Both the position numbers and the translations under genes were made by a program. A stretch of 64,000 bases of DNA. Source: an uncultured Spirochaetota bacterium (GTDB lineage: Bacteria; Spirochaetota; Spirochaetia; SZUA-6; Fen-1364). The notes below the pieces were generated by a model. The model saw nothing but the letters and a program-made list of their open reading frames with translations, was not told the origin of the DNA and did not search any database. Each line of letters opens with the position of its first letter. Positions within the stretch are counted from its first letter, which is position 1. Positions 8,343-18,841 of this stretch are shown one piece after another. The stretch lies in NCBI GenBank assembly GCA_963745235.1, contig CAVUXE010000037.1, positions 32,001 through 96,000 of the forward strand, given 5' to 3'.

Positions 8343-9713
8343 ATGCCGCGTCAGCCCGATCTATTGCCCAGATCCAAGAGTCCAACCATCCCTGTGGCCG
8401 ACAACCATCGCCTCGTCCAGATCGCCGACACCCTCGATTGGGAGGAGCTGCAACAGCGCGCCCAACAGATCCGTCTGGCAAAGTTGAAGAACGCTGCAGG
8501 CCAGCCGCCGCATTTGCGCGCCACCCTCGGCGCTATGCTGTTCATGGCTACACGCAAGCTCACCTATCGGGAGGCGGAAGACCTCATCCAATACTACGCC
8601 CCGGCGCGTTACCTGTGCGGGCTGACCGAGACGAGCTGGACGCCGGACTTCACCACGATCCAAGACTTCACCGAATTGATGGGAGAGCAGGGGATCAATC
8701 TCATCAATCAGTACGTGGTGCACCTGGCGGTGAAGCAAAAGCTGGCAGATCCCAGGACCCTGGTGGCCGACACCACAGCGCAGGAAGCGGCAATCCCCTA
8801 TCCCAACGAGATGGGACTTATGTCCGCCTTCCTGCGCTCGGCGGCTGCCGCAGGGCGGAAGGTTGGCCGAGGGCTGAAGGGGTTTTTGCAACAGACGGCG
8901 AGTCAATTCCAGGCGGCCGGGCAGAAAGCTCGAGAGTACCGCCTGTTTGCCAAGACCAAGGAGAGCAAGGATCGGGTGATGACTCAGATGCTCACCATCG
9001 TCGAGAAGCTCAACGCGCATTTGGGCAAGGCGCTGGGCGAAGCTGCCGCACAGAGAACAAAGCTACGCAAGTACGCCATCGTGGCCAAGAGCAAGCTGGT
9101 GCAATTGCACGAAACGATGAGCAAATTGCTGCCGCAGATCCGCTACTGGATTCGCTCAGGCTATGTGGCCAGCGGCAAGATCATCAGCCTGCATATCCCG
9201 CAACTCTACAGTATCGTGCGCGGCAAAGTAGGCAAATCGGTGGAGTTCGGACTGAGCTGGGGCATTACGCGTCTGGCCGGTGGGTACCTGCTGGCCACGC
9301 TGGCCAAGGATCGCCGCGAGTTGGTGGACACGAAGTTTGCAGTGCGAGCAGTCAAGGACCACCTCGCGCTCTTTGGCAAAGCGCCGCTGGCATATGCCTA
9401 CGATCGTGGTGGATACAGCGCGCAGAACCTCTCCGCCTTGAAGAAGTTGGGGGTCAAGGAGGTGGGACTGGCCCCCCGTGGACGTACACAGTGGTCGGTA
9501 AGCAGACCGGTGCGCGACCGGCTGGTCAGAGAGCGGGCTTTGGTAGAGGCGGGAATCGGCTCCATCAAAAGTCCGCGCTATGGGTTCAACCGCCCGGCAG
9601 CCCGCTCGGTGACTATGATGGGCGCCTGCGGTCAGCGTGCAGTGCTGGGGTTCAACGCCAACAAACTGGTCCGAGAGCTTGCGCGCCGCAAGACAATGGT
9701 GCTGAGCGGTTGA
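8343..9713 (+). CDS. DDE transposase
   Basis: PDFTTIQDF, VADTTAQEA, RGKVGKSVEFG, YDRGG, RALVEAGIG; lies between the TIRs. Confidence 0.9.
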   Translation: MPRQPDLLPRSKSPTIPVADNHRLVQIADTLDWEELQQRAQQIRLAKLKNAAGQPPHLRATLGAMLFMATRKLTYREAEDLIQYYAPARYLCGLTETSWTPDFTTIQDFTELMGEQGINLINQYVVHLAVKQKLADPRTLVADTTAQEAAIPYPNEMGLMSAFLRSAAAAGRKVGRGLKGFLQQTASQFQAAGQKAREYRLFAKTKESKDRVMTQMLTIVEKLNAHLGKALGEAAAQRTKLRKYAIVAKSKLVQLHETMSKLLPQIRYWIRSGYVASGKIISLHIPQLYSIVRGKVGKSVEFGLSWGITRLAGGYLLATLAKDRRELVDTKFAVRAVKDHLALFGKAPLAYAYDRGGYSAQNLSALKKLGVKEVGLAPRGRTQWSVSRPVRDRLVRERALVEAGIGSIKSPRYGFNRPAARSVTMMGACGQRAVLGFNANKLVRELARRKTMVLSG

Positions 9714-9968
9714 AAATCGATCTAAGAATCGATCATCAGACACAAAGACAAGTAGCAGCAAAGGGAAACGATTCCTACCGCACCGACAGCGCCTCTGAGT
9801 TGACGATGAAGGGTCACAGCGGACCGCCTACCGAGCAAGCATCGTGATAGCCGACGACGTACTGCATGCCACGCGAATCGCCGCCAAGAATTACCCGACA
9901 AGCTGTAGCTACGCAGCACCGCGTTGATCCTCGTCTGGCACCCGGCGCGGGGAGCGCGATCGAATCCT

Positions 9969-10895
9969 CTAATTGAACGACTGTCTGAACTCCAAAGGCG
10001 AAAGATTGGTCTTCTTCTTGAATAACTTGCTGAAGGACTGGGAGTATTCAAATCCCAGCCTGTAGGCGATTTCGCTGACGGTCAGGTCTGTTGTTGACAA
10101 ATCCTGCTTGGCCTTTTCAATCAGCCTGTCCTGTATGTGTTGCTGCGTGCTCCTGCCTGTCAGGGCTCTCAGGAGGCTGCTCAGGTAGTTGGGGGATATG
10201 TTCAGAGCATCGGCAACGTATTGGACGGTAAGCAGCCCGTCCTTCGGGATGGCGTCTCCGTTGAAATAGTCACTCAACAACTCCTCCAGCCGGTCCAGGA
10301 TTCGATGGTTGGCTATTTTTCTCGTTATGAACTGGCGGTGGTAGAACCTCTGGGAGTAGGTGAGCAGCAGCTCTATCTGGGCGATGATGATGTCCTGGCT
10401 GAAGGCATCGATGTTGGCGTGGTACTCCTGTTCGATGTTCCGGATGATCTCCGTGATCATCCCCTCCTCCTTCGGGGAAAGAAACAGGGCCTCGTGTATC
10501 GAATAGCCGAAGTACTCGTGACTCTTAATCGTTTTGGCCAAAGACGTATTCCAGAGGAAGTCGGGATGAATGAGCAGCATCCACCCCGATTGCCTGAGCT
10601 CCTGGCCGGGAGCAAGCTCAACGCCAAAAACCTGTCCCGGCGCCATGAAGCTCATGACCCCTTCGTCGAAATCATACTCCTGCTGTCCATATTTCACCTT
10701 GAAAGGAAAGTTCTTCTTAAGAGCAATGCAATAGAAATCAAAAACGAGGCTCGTCGGTTCATCCCCGGAAAGATTCACATGGGTGATGACGCTGAGATCA
10801 ATGACGCTGATCAGCGGACGCTCGGGCGTGGGCAGGCCCCTGAACCGGTGGAAGTCGGCGATCATCTTGAATCGAAAGGGTCTGGTTCCCGGCAT
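9969..10895 (-). CDS. AraC-family transcriptional regulator
   Basis: KYGQQEYDFDEG, C-terminal HTH SEIAYRLGFEYSQSFSKLFKKKTNLSPLEFR. Confidence 0.92.
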   Translation of the reverse strand: MPGTRPFRFKMIADFHRFRGLPTPERPLISVIDLSVITHVNLSGDEPTSLVFDFYCIALKKNFPFKVKYGQQEYDFDEGVMSFMAPGQVFGVELAPGQELRQSGWMLLIHPDFLWNTSLAKTIKSHEYFGYSIHEALFLSPKEEGMITEIIRNIEQEYHANIDAFSQDIIIAQIELLLTYSQRFYHRQFITRKIANHRILDRLEELLSDYFNGDAIPKDGLLTVQYVADALNISPNYLSSLLRALTGRSTQQHIQDRLIEKAKQDLSTTDLTVSEIAYRLGFEYSQSFSKLFKKKTNLSPLEFRQSFN

Positions 10896-10898
10896 ACC

Positions 10899-11824
10899 TC
10901 AGTGTACCTCGCTTGGATTGAAAACGGCGGCGAACTCCCGTGCGAAGTCACGCATCTTCACCCTTCCCAGGGACGGCCTGTTGCGGTGGTAGTCTTCAGC
11001 CAGCGCCCCGCTGTGATGGGCTGCATACATCTCCACGAGACCCGCAGCGATGCTCGGCTGTATTCCGGCGGCTACCAGGCCGGCCTGCATCTGCTCGCCG
11101 GGAATGATGATCCACCTCAAGTCAGGCTTCCCGATTGCCTCTCCCAGTATGCGCGCCGTTTCGCTGCAGGTGAGCTCGTCGCTTGCCACGTAGCGCACCG
11201 CTCGCGCGGCGCCCTTTCCGGCCTGCCTGCCCGAACGCGGCGCCACCAACTCTTCGGCAACCGCCGCGGCGATGTCGATGGGTGACGCCCACACCACCCT
11301 GTCCTCTTCCCCGTAGTTCGCGGCAATTACTCCCTGCCTCTTTACCATCTCCACGTAGCCGTACAGATTGTAGTAGAACCCGGTCGGCCGCATAAAGGTG
11401 ATAGCCACATCCTTCAATTTGTCGAGGATGAGCTCCATCTCATGGTGAAGGATAATAAGGCCCGAGCCCTTATCCAAATGAGCTCCGATACTGCTCAAGT
11501 GGACTACCCGCTTCACTCCCGCCGCCTCGATGGCCTGGGAGTAGGTAGCACCGATCTGGCGGACCTTTACCATTAGATCGAGATTTGGATCGGAGTAATC
11601 GCCGGGGGAAGCATAGTGTATACCGCATCTGCCCCCTGAAACGTTCGTGAAAGGAAATCGACATCCGTTACCGATCCGATGGCGGCCTTGGCGCCCAGCG
11701 TCTCTATCTCTTGCCTGCGTTCCGGCTTGCTGCTTATGACCGTAACTCTGTGTCCCTTCTGAACCAGTTCCTCCGTCAACGGCCTCCCGATGTGTCCAAG
11801 CGATCCGGTGAGTACGAGATTCAT
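10899..11824 (-). CDS. NmrA-like NAD(P)H-binding protein (frameshift near 11605)
   Basis: MNLVLTGSLGHIG Rossmann start in one frame; VVHLSSIGA...MRPTGFYYN in another. Confidence 0.8.
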
Positions 11825-12018
11825 ATGTGCCTCCGTCCAGGACAAGAAGGTAGTGAAATCCGTCCGCAAGACCATAGCCGGACCTCCGCTCCTTGTAGCC
11901 AGAACCAGAGGTTAGTGGAATTTCAGGCCATGCGGCCGGGTCGGAGGCATGCGCGGGCACGGGTTTCGCCATGAAATTCCGTCTTGCATCACTCGTTTTT
12001 CATGATATGCTTGCCTGT

Positions 12019-13180
12019 GATGATCGAGCGCACCGATCTTCTTGCCGCCTTGAAGAAGGCTCTCTCCCGCAGCCGTGTCGTCGTCCTTACGGGACCACGC
12101 CAGTGCGGAAAAACTACGATAGCCCGCCAGTTTCTGGACGCGACATCAGCCAACTATTTCGATCTGGAGGATCCGGCCGATCTGGAGAGGCTGACTGAGC
12201 CAATGACGGCGCTCGGGCCCCTCGAAGGGCTGATTGTGATAGACGAGGTGCAACGCCGGCCGGATCTCTTCCCGATCCTGCGCGTGTTGGCCGATCGACG
12301 TGATGCCACGGCCCGGTTCCTGATCCTTGGAAGCGCTTCCGGTGATCTCCTGCGTCAAACCTCGGAAAGCCTCGCGGGGAGGACGGAGCGAGTGACCATT
12401 GGAGGCTTCTCATTGAGAGAGTTGGGTGCGAACGCTGAAGAGAAGTTGTGGCTTCGGGGAGGCTTGCCGCTCTCCTACCTCGCCCGAAGCGAAATTGACA
12501 GCGGAGCCTGGCGAAAGAGTTTGATCCAATCACTTCTTGAGCGCGATTTCCCTCAGTGGGGCGTCCGCGTGCCGGCCGTGGCTCTTCTTCGTTTCTGGAC
12601 CATGCTTGCGCACTATCATGGGCAGACATGGAACGCCGCCGAGCCGGCCCGCGCCATGGGAGTCAGCGAATCCACCGCCCGCCGCTATCTCGACCTTCTC
12701 ACGGATGCTTTGATGATACGGCAATTGCATCCCTATCACGCAAATGTCGGCAAGCGCCAGGTGAAGGCCCCAAAGATCTACGTTCGAGACACGGGACTCC
12801 TGCACCAACTCCTTGGCATCGGCACACACAAGGAGCTGCTCAATCATCCCAAGGTCGGGGCGTCATGGGAAGGGTTTGTCATCGAGCAGCTTCTGATGGC
12901 GGAGCCCCATGATGAAGCATTCTTCTGGTCCACCCATCAAGGCGCTGAGATCGATTTGATCCTGCGCCGAGGTGGCAAGCTTCTGGGGGTCGAGTGCAAA
13001 CGCACCGATACACCGCGAACGACGCAGTCTGTCAGAATCGCGATGGAGGACATTGGGCTGTCACGAGTCGCGATTCTCTATCCGGGAACCAAGCGTTTTA
13101 CGATCGCCGAAAAGGTGGAGGCCGTTCCCATACATACTCTCGCGAAGAGCGAATCGATCTTCGAGAAAGGCAAGGGATAA
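12019..13180 (+). CDS. AAA+ ATPase with DUF4143
   Basis: GPRQCGKTT, IDEVQ, ILGSAS, KIYVRDTGLLH, GASWEG, AEIDL. Confidence 0.92.
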
Positions 13181-13198
13181 TCGGATGCCTTATGGAGC

Positions 13199-13425
13199 TC
13201 AAGAAGGCAGCGCACGAACGGCATTGATGAGCGGCCGCTGTTCATTCCCGCCTCCTCCTCGGAGCTTCTCCGCGTCAGGGAAGTTGTCGAAGGTGTCTCC
13301 TGCAAATAGCAGGATATCCGCTTTCTTCCCATTTGCGATTCCGACAATCTCCGACAGGACTGACAGCGAGTACTCCTTTTCCGGGACCGACAAATGCAGG
13401 TCAGCACAATGAAGGATTCGCGTCA
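13199..13425 (-). pseudogene. SbcD/Mre11-like metallophosphoesterase N-terminal fragment
   Basis: RILHCADLHL...LFAGDTFD, then ends. Confidence 0.65.
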
Positions 13426-13542
13426 CCTTCTCGGTGTTCCGGCAATTCGCGGCTTCAACGCCTGCCGCCCTACGCCTTCGCCCCGCTTCGTTGCATTGGA
13501 CTTGCACGCGCCTTTGTGTAACGTCATGTGGAGAGGCGGCAT

Positions 13543-13704
13543 GTGGCCACAACTCTTGCGATCGATGATGAGTTGATACTCGAAGCGCAGAGGATCGGCG
13601 GGCACCGGACAAAGAAATCCGCTGTGACCGAAGCTCTCAAGGTATATATCCAGCGGCTCTTTCGATGGTTGGATTTCTCGGCCGCAATAACGGACCGCAG
13701 GTGA
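13543..13704 (+). pseudogene. vapB: VapB-type antitoxin (53 aa, below the ORF-track cutoff; 3' end probably replaced)
   Basis: GTG start after GGAGAGG; MATTLAIDDELILEAQRIGGHRTKKSAVTEALKVYIQR. Confidence 0.7.
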
Positions 13705-14720
13705 GCGAAAGCCTTCTCCCGCCATTCTGACTTGGCTTTGAACCGATCCGTGTGGGCTTTGAGCTGCTTGTACTGTTCCAGCCGGGGATCTTCCACAAAG
13801 GCCGTCCGCATGAGGGCCATCGCCTCGTCGTGGCGGTCCAGGGCGTGGTATTCCTGCGCAAGGAGTTCTCGAAGCCTTCACGTCCGTGTGGTGTGGAAAA
13901 GCGCCCACGCCTTTTTCCGCCCACCGGACAGCCAGGTCGTCCCTGCCCGCCTTCTTGTATTCTTCCGCGATCTGAAGAAAGTGATATTCAGTCGATTGGT
14001 CGCGGGACAACACCTCCACGAGCTTCGAAAGGTCGCCGCTCTGCCGTGCCAGCGTCTCCATGATACGGGTGATCCTGAAGCGCGCATGGGACTCGCTGGC
14101 ATCGCGCGTTCCGGGACCCACGGGCTTCACCTTCGCCCATTCGGTCTCGGCGAGGACGCGGTACGCGCCCATCTCCTCGGGCCCCAACACATCGGCATAA
14201 GTTGAAGCAGCGTCGTAGAAGACGTCCCACTCTGAATGAAGCTTTCACGCGAAAAGCCTCTGCGCAAGTGCCTTCCCGCCCGGCCGGGCGCTTCTGCAGG
14301 CGCGGTGGTGGATGTCCCGCAGCCTGTCCAGGATGGGCCGGATGCAGCCGTCGGAATCGTCGATCGAATCCAGCTGGGCTTCGACCGCCTGAGCGCGTAT
14401 TCCGCAAGTTCGATGACCGCCTCGAGCTTGCCGGCTTTCCGCAGGCCATCGATGGCATCCACCACATCTTCGATACTCCGCGCGTAGGAAGCCGCCTCGC
14501 GCCAGTTGACGAACCCGTTGTGCCTGACCGCGTCGTCGATGACGGTGCGCAGCGCCTCCCCCTCGACAACCTGTCCCCTGGACCGCGGGGTCTCAAGGGG
14601 GAGTCGTCTCACCAGCCGGTGGTCACCCAACGTCGGCGCCAGGAGGATGTCGACCAGGTCTGACTTCTCGTGCGCCAGGAGGTGTCCGCGAAGGTCCTCT
14701 GCATGAATCTCTGGCATCAG
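13650..14720 (-). pseudogene. SWIM zinc-finger-associated helical protein (DUF6880-like) remnant with several frameshifts
   Basis: FVNWREAASYA, VIELAEYAL, LGPEEMGAYRVLAETEW, ITRIMETLA spread over several frames. Confidence 0.6.
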
Positions 14721-15000
14721 GTCGGACGATGCCCGATCCTCTTCTTGGTCACCGGGCGGTCGAAGGCGAGGTTGCCGAGGTGCGCATGCGCATCCAGGCA
14801 GCGCAAGGAAAGGCCCTCCTCCTGATGGGAGGCGATGCTCAAGGAGGGCATCCAGGTCGGCTATGGGCTGACTGGCCTCCACCCGGTCCTCCGACCAGCC
14901 CGCGACTACCCTGTCCCCTGTCCAGGTGGCAGAGCGTTACGAGAGATTGCCCGGGTCAAGCGAGCGGACATTTCTGCTTGTTTGATGGCAGGACCGGCTC

Positions 15001-15321
15001 TTGAGCGGCGCAGCGCGCCTGCTGGTTCCATCGCTCCATTACTGGGAGTTCGCCAACGCGCTGCGCACCCTGGCTGCCCGGAAGGCTATCGAAGAGGGAA
15101 CCGTTCAGGAGTTGCTGGACCTTCACTTGGACGCCCCGCTCGAGGTCGCGGAGCCGGACCGTCGCGAGGTATTTCGGATCGCGCTGGAGTATGGCGCAAC
15201 GGCCTACGATGCTGTGTTCATCTGCCTCGCGCTGGCCAACGATGTTCACCTGGTGACAGCGGAACGAAGCAGTACCCGATGGGTGAGGAAGCTCGGGGAC
15301 CGCGTGCAGCAGGTGCGGTAG
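15001..15321 (+). pseudogene. vapC: VapC/PIN toxin lacking its N-terminus
   Basis: VPSL...EFANAL...TAYDAVFICLA...LVTAE; first PIN Asp strand missing. Confidence 0.65.
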
Positions 15322-15678
15322 CGGCTCGACCGACAATGCGCCGGCTCCGATGCGCAGGACCCTTATCCAACAAGTCATTGAACGATAACGTTATCGTTCA
15401 AATGAGCGTCATGAAAGTAGTCGTTCAGAACGGACTCGAGCCTCGGCTCACGTGGCACTTCCGCAAAGGTCTTTCAATCGGCTTGGACGTGAAGCGCTGG
15501 TCAGGTGCAAAAGAGGTGGGACGGCGAGGTAGTTCATATGGCCCCTGGAATCGACCCAATGGTTGACCGCCTCTCACTCTACTTGTCGCTCAGGGGCTCC
15601 ACCGACGAGCGCGTGGAGGCCGGGCTGGGCGAGTTCCTTGCGGGAATGAAATGGTAAGCTGCTGAAGGCGATTGTAGA

Positions 15679-16554
15679 GTGACGACCTCAAGGGTGAGCG
15701 CCGCGAGCCATCTTGACTGCCAGGAGATTCGCTATCGCCTCCAGAACCACGCCGTGTTCCGACTTTTGCGCAAGGAGCGGGTAGCCTTCGTTCTCGCTTT
15801 TCTCATCTCCGCGTTCAAGACTCGCCAGCGCTGTGACATCCCGGAATCGGAGCTGGTCACCGTGCTCTCCTCCTACATCGACATGTTGCGGCTCACTGTT
15901 GGCGAAGGAGAGCTCACTCTGGACGCCCGAGCATCTCTGGAAGACTGGGCGAACGACGGGATCCTTCGCAGGTTCCATACCCCCCGTGCCGACGAGCCAC
16001 GCTACGACCTCACCCCGGAAGCGGAGCGTGCCATCGAGTGGATGCAGGGCCTCACCGCCCGGCAATTCGTGGGTGCGGAGTCGCGGCTCCTGAAGATATT
16101 CGACATTCTGAGGGAGGTTGTGTTCGGCGCTTCGCCCGACAAGGAGGAACGCATCAAGGAGCTCGAACGGTGGCGCGACCAGCTCGACCTGGAGATCGAA
16201 CGCCTGCGCTCAGGCTCGGGAGCCGTCATGGACTCCACGAGGATCAAGGAGCGGTACTTCGAGCTTGAGGATACGGCGCGGCGCCTGTTGGCCGACTTCA
16301 AGCAGATCGAGCAGAACTTCCGCGAGCTTGATCGCTCCGTGCGCGCCGAGCGACTGGCGGCGGAGCGTCCACGTGGCAGCGTCCTGAAAGACATCTTCGA
16401 GCTTCGTGACGCCATCATGGCAAGCGACCAGGGCAGGAGCTTCGCCGGGTTCTGGGCGTTCTTGATGTCCGCGGAGAAACAGGAAGAGCTTGAGGGTCTG
16501 GTGGAGCGCCTGCGGATTCCAGACTTACTCGGGGAGAGACATGAGAGGCAATAG
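15679..16554 (+). pseudogene. jetA: Wadjet JetA (DUF3375), C-terminally truncated
   Basis: H...RLLR, YDLTPEAERAIEW, FVGAESRL, ARRLLADFKQIEQNFRELDR, SDQGRSF.GFW.FLMS; no jetBCD follow. Confidence 0.8.
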
Positions 16555-16843
16555 TGAATCCGGAAGAAGCACACCGCTGTTGGGCGGGACTCGACCAGCG
16601 TTCCCGCGGGCTCCCTGAGCCTCACTGGCTTTCCGCCATAAATGAGCCCTTTGTTCAGCGGCGTGCCAGGGGAGACTCCGCCGGCAGAATAGTGACTGAC
16701 ATCGAGTTTGCTCGCTTTGACGGGGAACCCACATCGCGCAAACTCTACGGTTCTATTGCAGAGTTTGCAAGGTCATTGCGAACCTCAAGCGCGGTGTCGA
16801 TTTTGGCGCCTTCTCTTCGACAAGAAGGCGAGGAGGAAAGACA

Positions 16844-17431
16844 ATGAGGAAAATCATTGCAGCAGAGTTCATCACGCTGGACGGCGTGATCCAGGCGCCC
16901 GGCGGCGCAGAAGAGGACAAAGACGGCGGTTTTGTGCACGGCGGCTGGACCCGTCCGTACTGGCATAGTGACATCGGCAAGCATTTCTTTGAGGCTTTCT
17001 CCCAGGCGGACGCGCTCCTGCTGGGACGCAAGACCTGGCAGATCCACGGCGGTGCGTTCGAGCCCATGAAGGCCGGTGATCCGTTCGGGGATTCGATGAA
17101 TGGGATCCAGAAGTACGTTGTTTCAACCACGCTGAAATCCACCACTGCGTGGCGGAACTCGACGCTCATCAGCGGCCAGGTGGTGGCGGAAGTGCGCAAG
17201 CTGAAAGAGCAGACCGGGAAGGATATCCTCGTCGACGGCAGCAGCGCGCTTTTGCACACACTCATCCAGAACGACCTGATCGACGAATACGCGCTGCACG
17301 TGTATCCACTGGTGTTGGGCGGCGGCAAGCGGTTGTTTCCAGAAGGGAAGCGTCTCAACCTGAAGCTCAATCAATCCATCCCGCTTCCCACTGGGGTCAT
17401 CTTTCAGAAGTATGAGCCCGTCCGGAAATGA
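16844..17431 (+). CDS. Dihydrofolate reductase / RibD C-terminal family protein
   Basis: EFITLDGVIQAPGG, LLLGRKT, LIDEY.LHVYPLVLGGGKRLF. Confidence 0.9.
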   Translation: MRKIIAAEFITLDGVIQAPGGAEEDKDGGFVHGGWTRPYWHSDIGKHFFEAFSQADALLLGRKTWQIHGGAFEPMKAGDPFGDSMNGIQKYVVSTTLKSTTAWRNSTLISGQVVAEVRKLKEQTGKDILVDGSSALLHTLIQNDLIDEYALHVYPLVLGGGKRLFPEGKRLNLKLNQSIPLPTGVIFQKYEPVRK

Positions 17432-17482
17432 GGCCTCCCCTTGAGCGCTGCGCGAGCAGAGACTCCTAAGACAGCGGGACGG

Positions 17483-18701
17483 TCAGATCCCGAGAACCTC
17501 CGGGAGGCCCTCCGCGGGGACTCCTTCCAGGATCAGGCCTTCCAATTGCTTCCCCAGGGTCTTGACCCTGGATTGCCCGGGATTGGGATAGATGTCCAGG
17601 ACGGCGCCCACGCTGTGGCCTTCCCGCTCCCAGACTCTCAGATACAGGGACGGTGTGCACCGAAGGACGCGGGACTCCGCGACCGGGTCCGAAGTGACTC
17701 CGCTGTAATTCAAAGAAAACAGGTAGCCGCCAAAGGCCTCACATTTGAGCCTGTAAGGCCGGGGCTCCGGGTGCGCGTCTCCTCCTGCCATGTTGATTCC
17801 CGCGATGGCCCCAGCGCCTTCGGCTGAATGCCACAGCCCCCATGATGCGCCCGGCAGCGGGGCCGCCGCGTCCCCTGCCGCGTAGATGCCCTCGATCCCC
17901 GTTTTCATATCGCGCCCCACGATCACCCCGTTGCGCTTGCCCTTTTCCCGCGGAAGCCCGACGGAGTCAGCCAGGTCGGTCGCACACCTGGCCCCGACGG
18001 AAGCAGCAACGATCCCCGCCTCCAGCTCTCCTTGTTCTGCCAAGAGGCGACAGCTTCGAGCGTCGCGCTGCACTTCGCGAATGTTTCCCATCAGCCGCAC
18101 GTCCACCCCTGCCGCCCGTATTCGCCTTTCCAGGCGGTGACTGGCCTCATCATCCAGATGACCGTCCATGAGACGCTTGCTGTGCCCCACCAGGCTCGTC
18201 GTGATCCCCTGTGCGGCAAACTGGTCCGCCAGCTCCACCCCCTGGACCCCAAAGCCAATGGAAACGGCCTTCGCTACCTCCCGCGCCCCGAGGGCAATCG
18301 CTTCGGCCTCGTGGATCCAGCGCAGATAAGTGAGATGCTCCGAGCCCGCAACGGCAAGGGTGGCGGGCTCTGCACCGGTTGCGATCAGGAGTGACTGGTA
18401 CCCCACCACCTCGCCGGTGCTCAGAAATACCTCTCGAGGAGAGGGTTCGATCCTGACGGCGCGTGTTCCCTGAAGGAGCTCGATCCTGTTTGTCAGATAC
18501 CATTCCGTGGGATGGACGGCAAGGCCGTCACGAGAAAAGCCTTGAAACAGCTGCTTTGACAGTTGAGTGCGCTTGTAGGGCAGCCGGTCTTCTCCATGGA
18601 TCAGGAGGACGGATCCCGCAGGGTCCCGGGAACGGATTGCCCCGGCGGCTGAGAGCCCGGGCAATGGAAGCGCCCACGATGACATATGAATAGCGTTTCA
18701 C
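17483..18701 (-). CDS. NAD(P)/FAD-dependent oxidoreductase (rubredoxin/ferredoxin reductase-like; 5' frameshift)
   Basis: YVIVGASIA joins GLSAA; PYKR..LSK, LIATGA, IYAAGD. Confidence 0.8.
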
Positions 18702-18841
18702 CGCAATGCAATTATAGACCAGGGTCCGGCGCGCACGCAACGGTCTCTTGGGATTGCCGCCCGCTCCGCGTGGCGTGGAGACAGGGGATTAACAGATCCT
18801 TAAGCAAGAGCACATACAATCTTGATCACCGGGAGAGAAGC

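Larger units (their letters stand above)
7753..9905 (+). mobile_element. Complete insertion sequence (IS4/IS5-type DDE), 17-bp perfect TIRs, 6-bp TSD
   Basis: CAGCTTGTCGGGTAATT (7753-7769) and AATTACCCGACAAGCTG (9889-9905), flanked by TAGCTA at 7747-7752 and 9906-9911. Confidence 0.92.
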
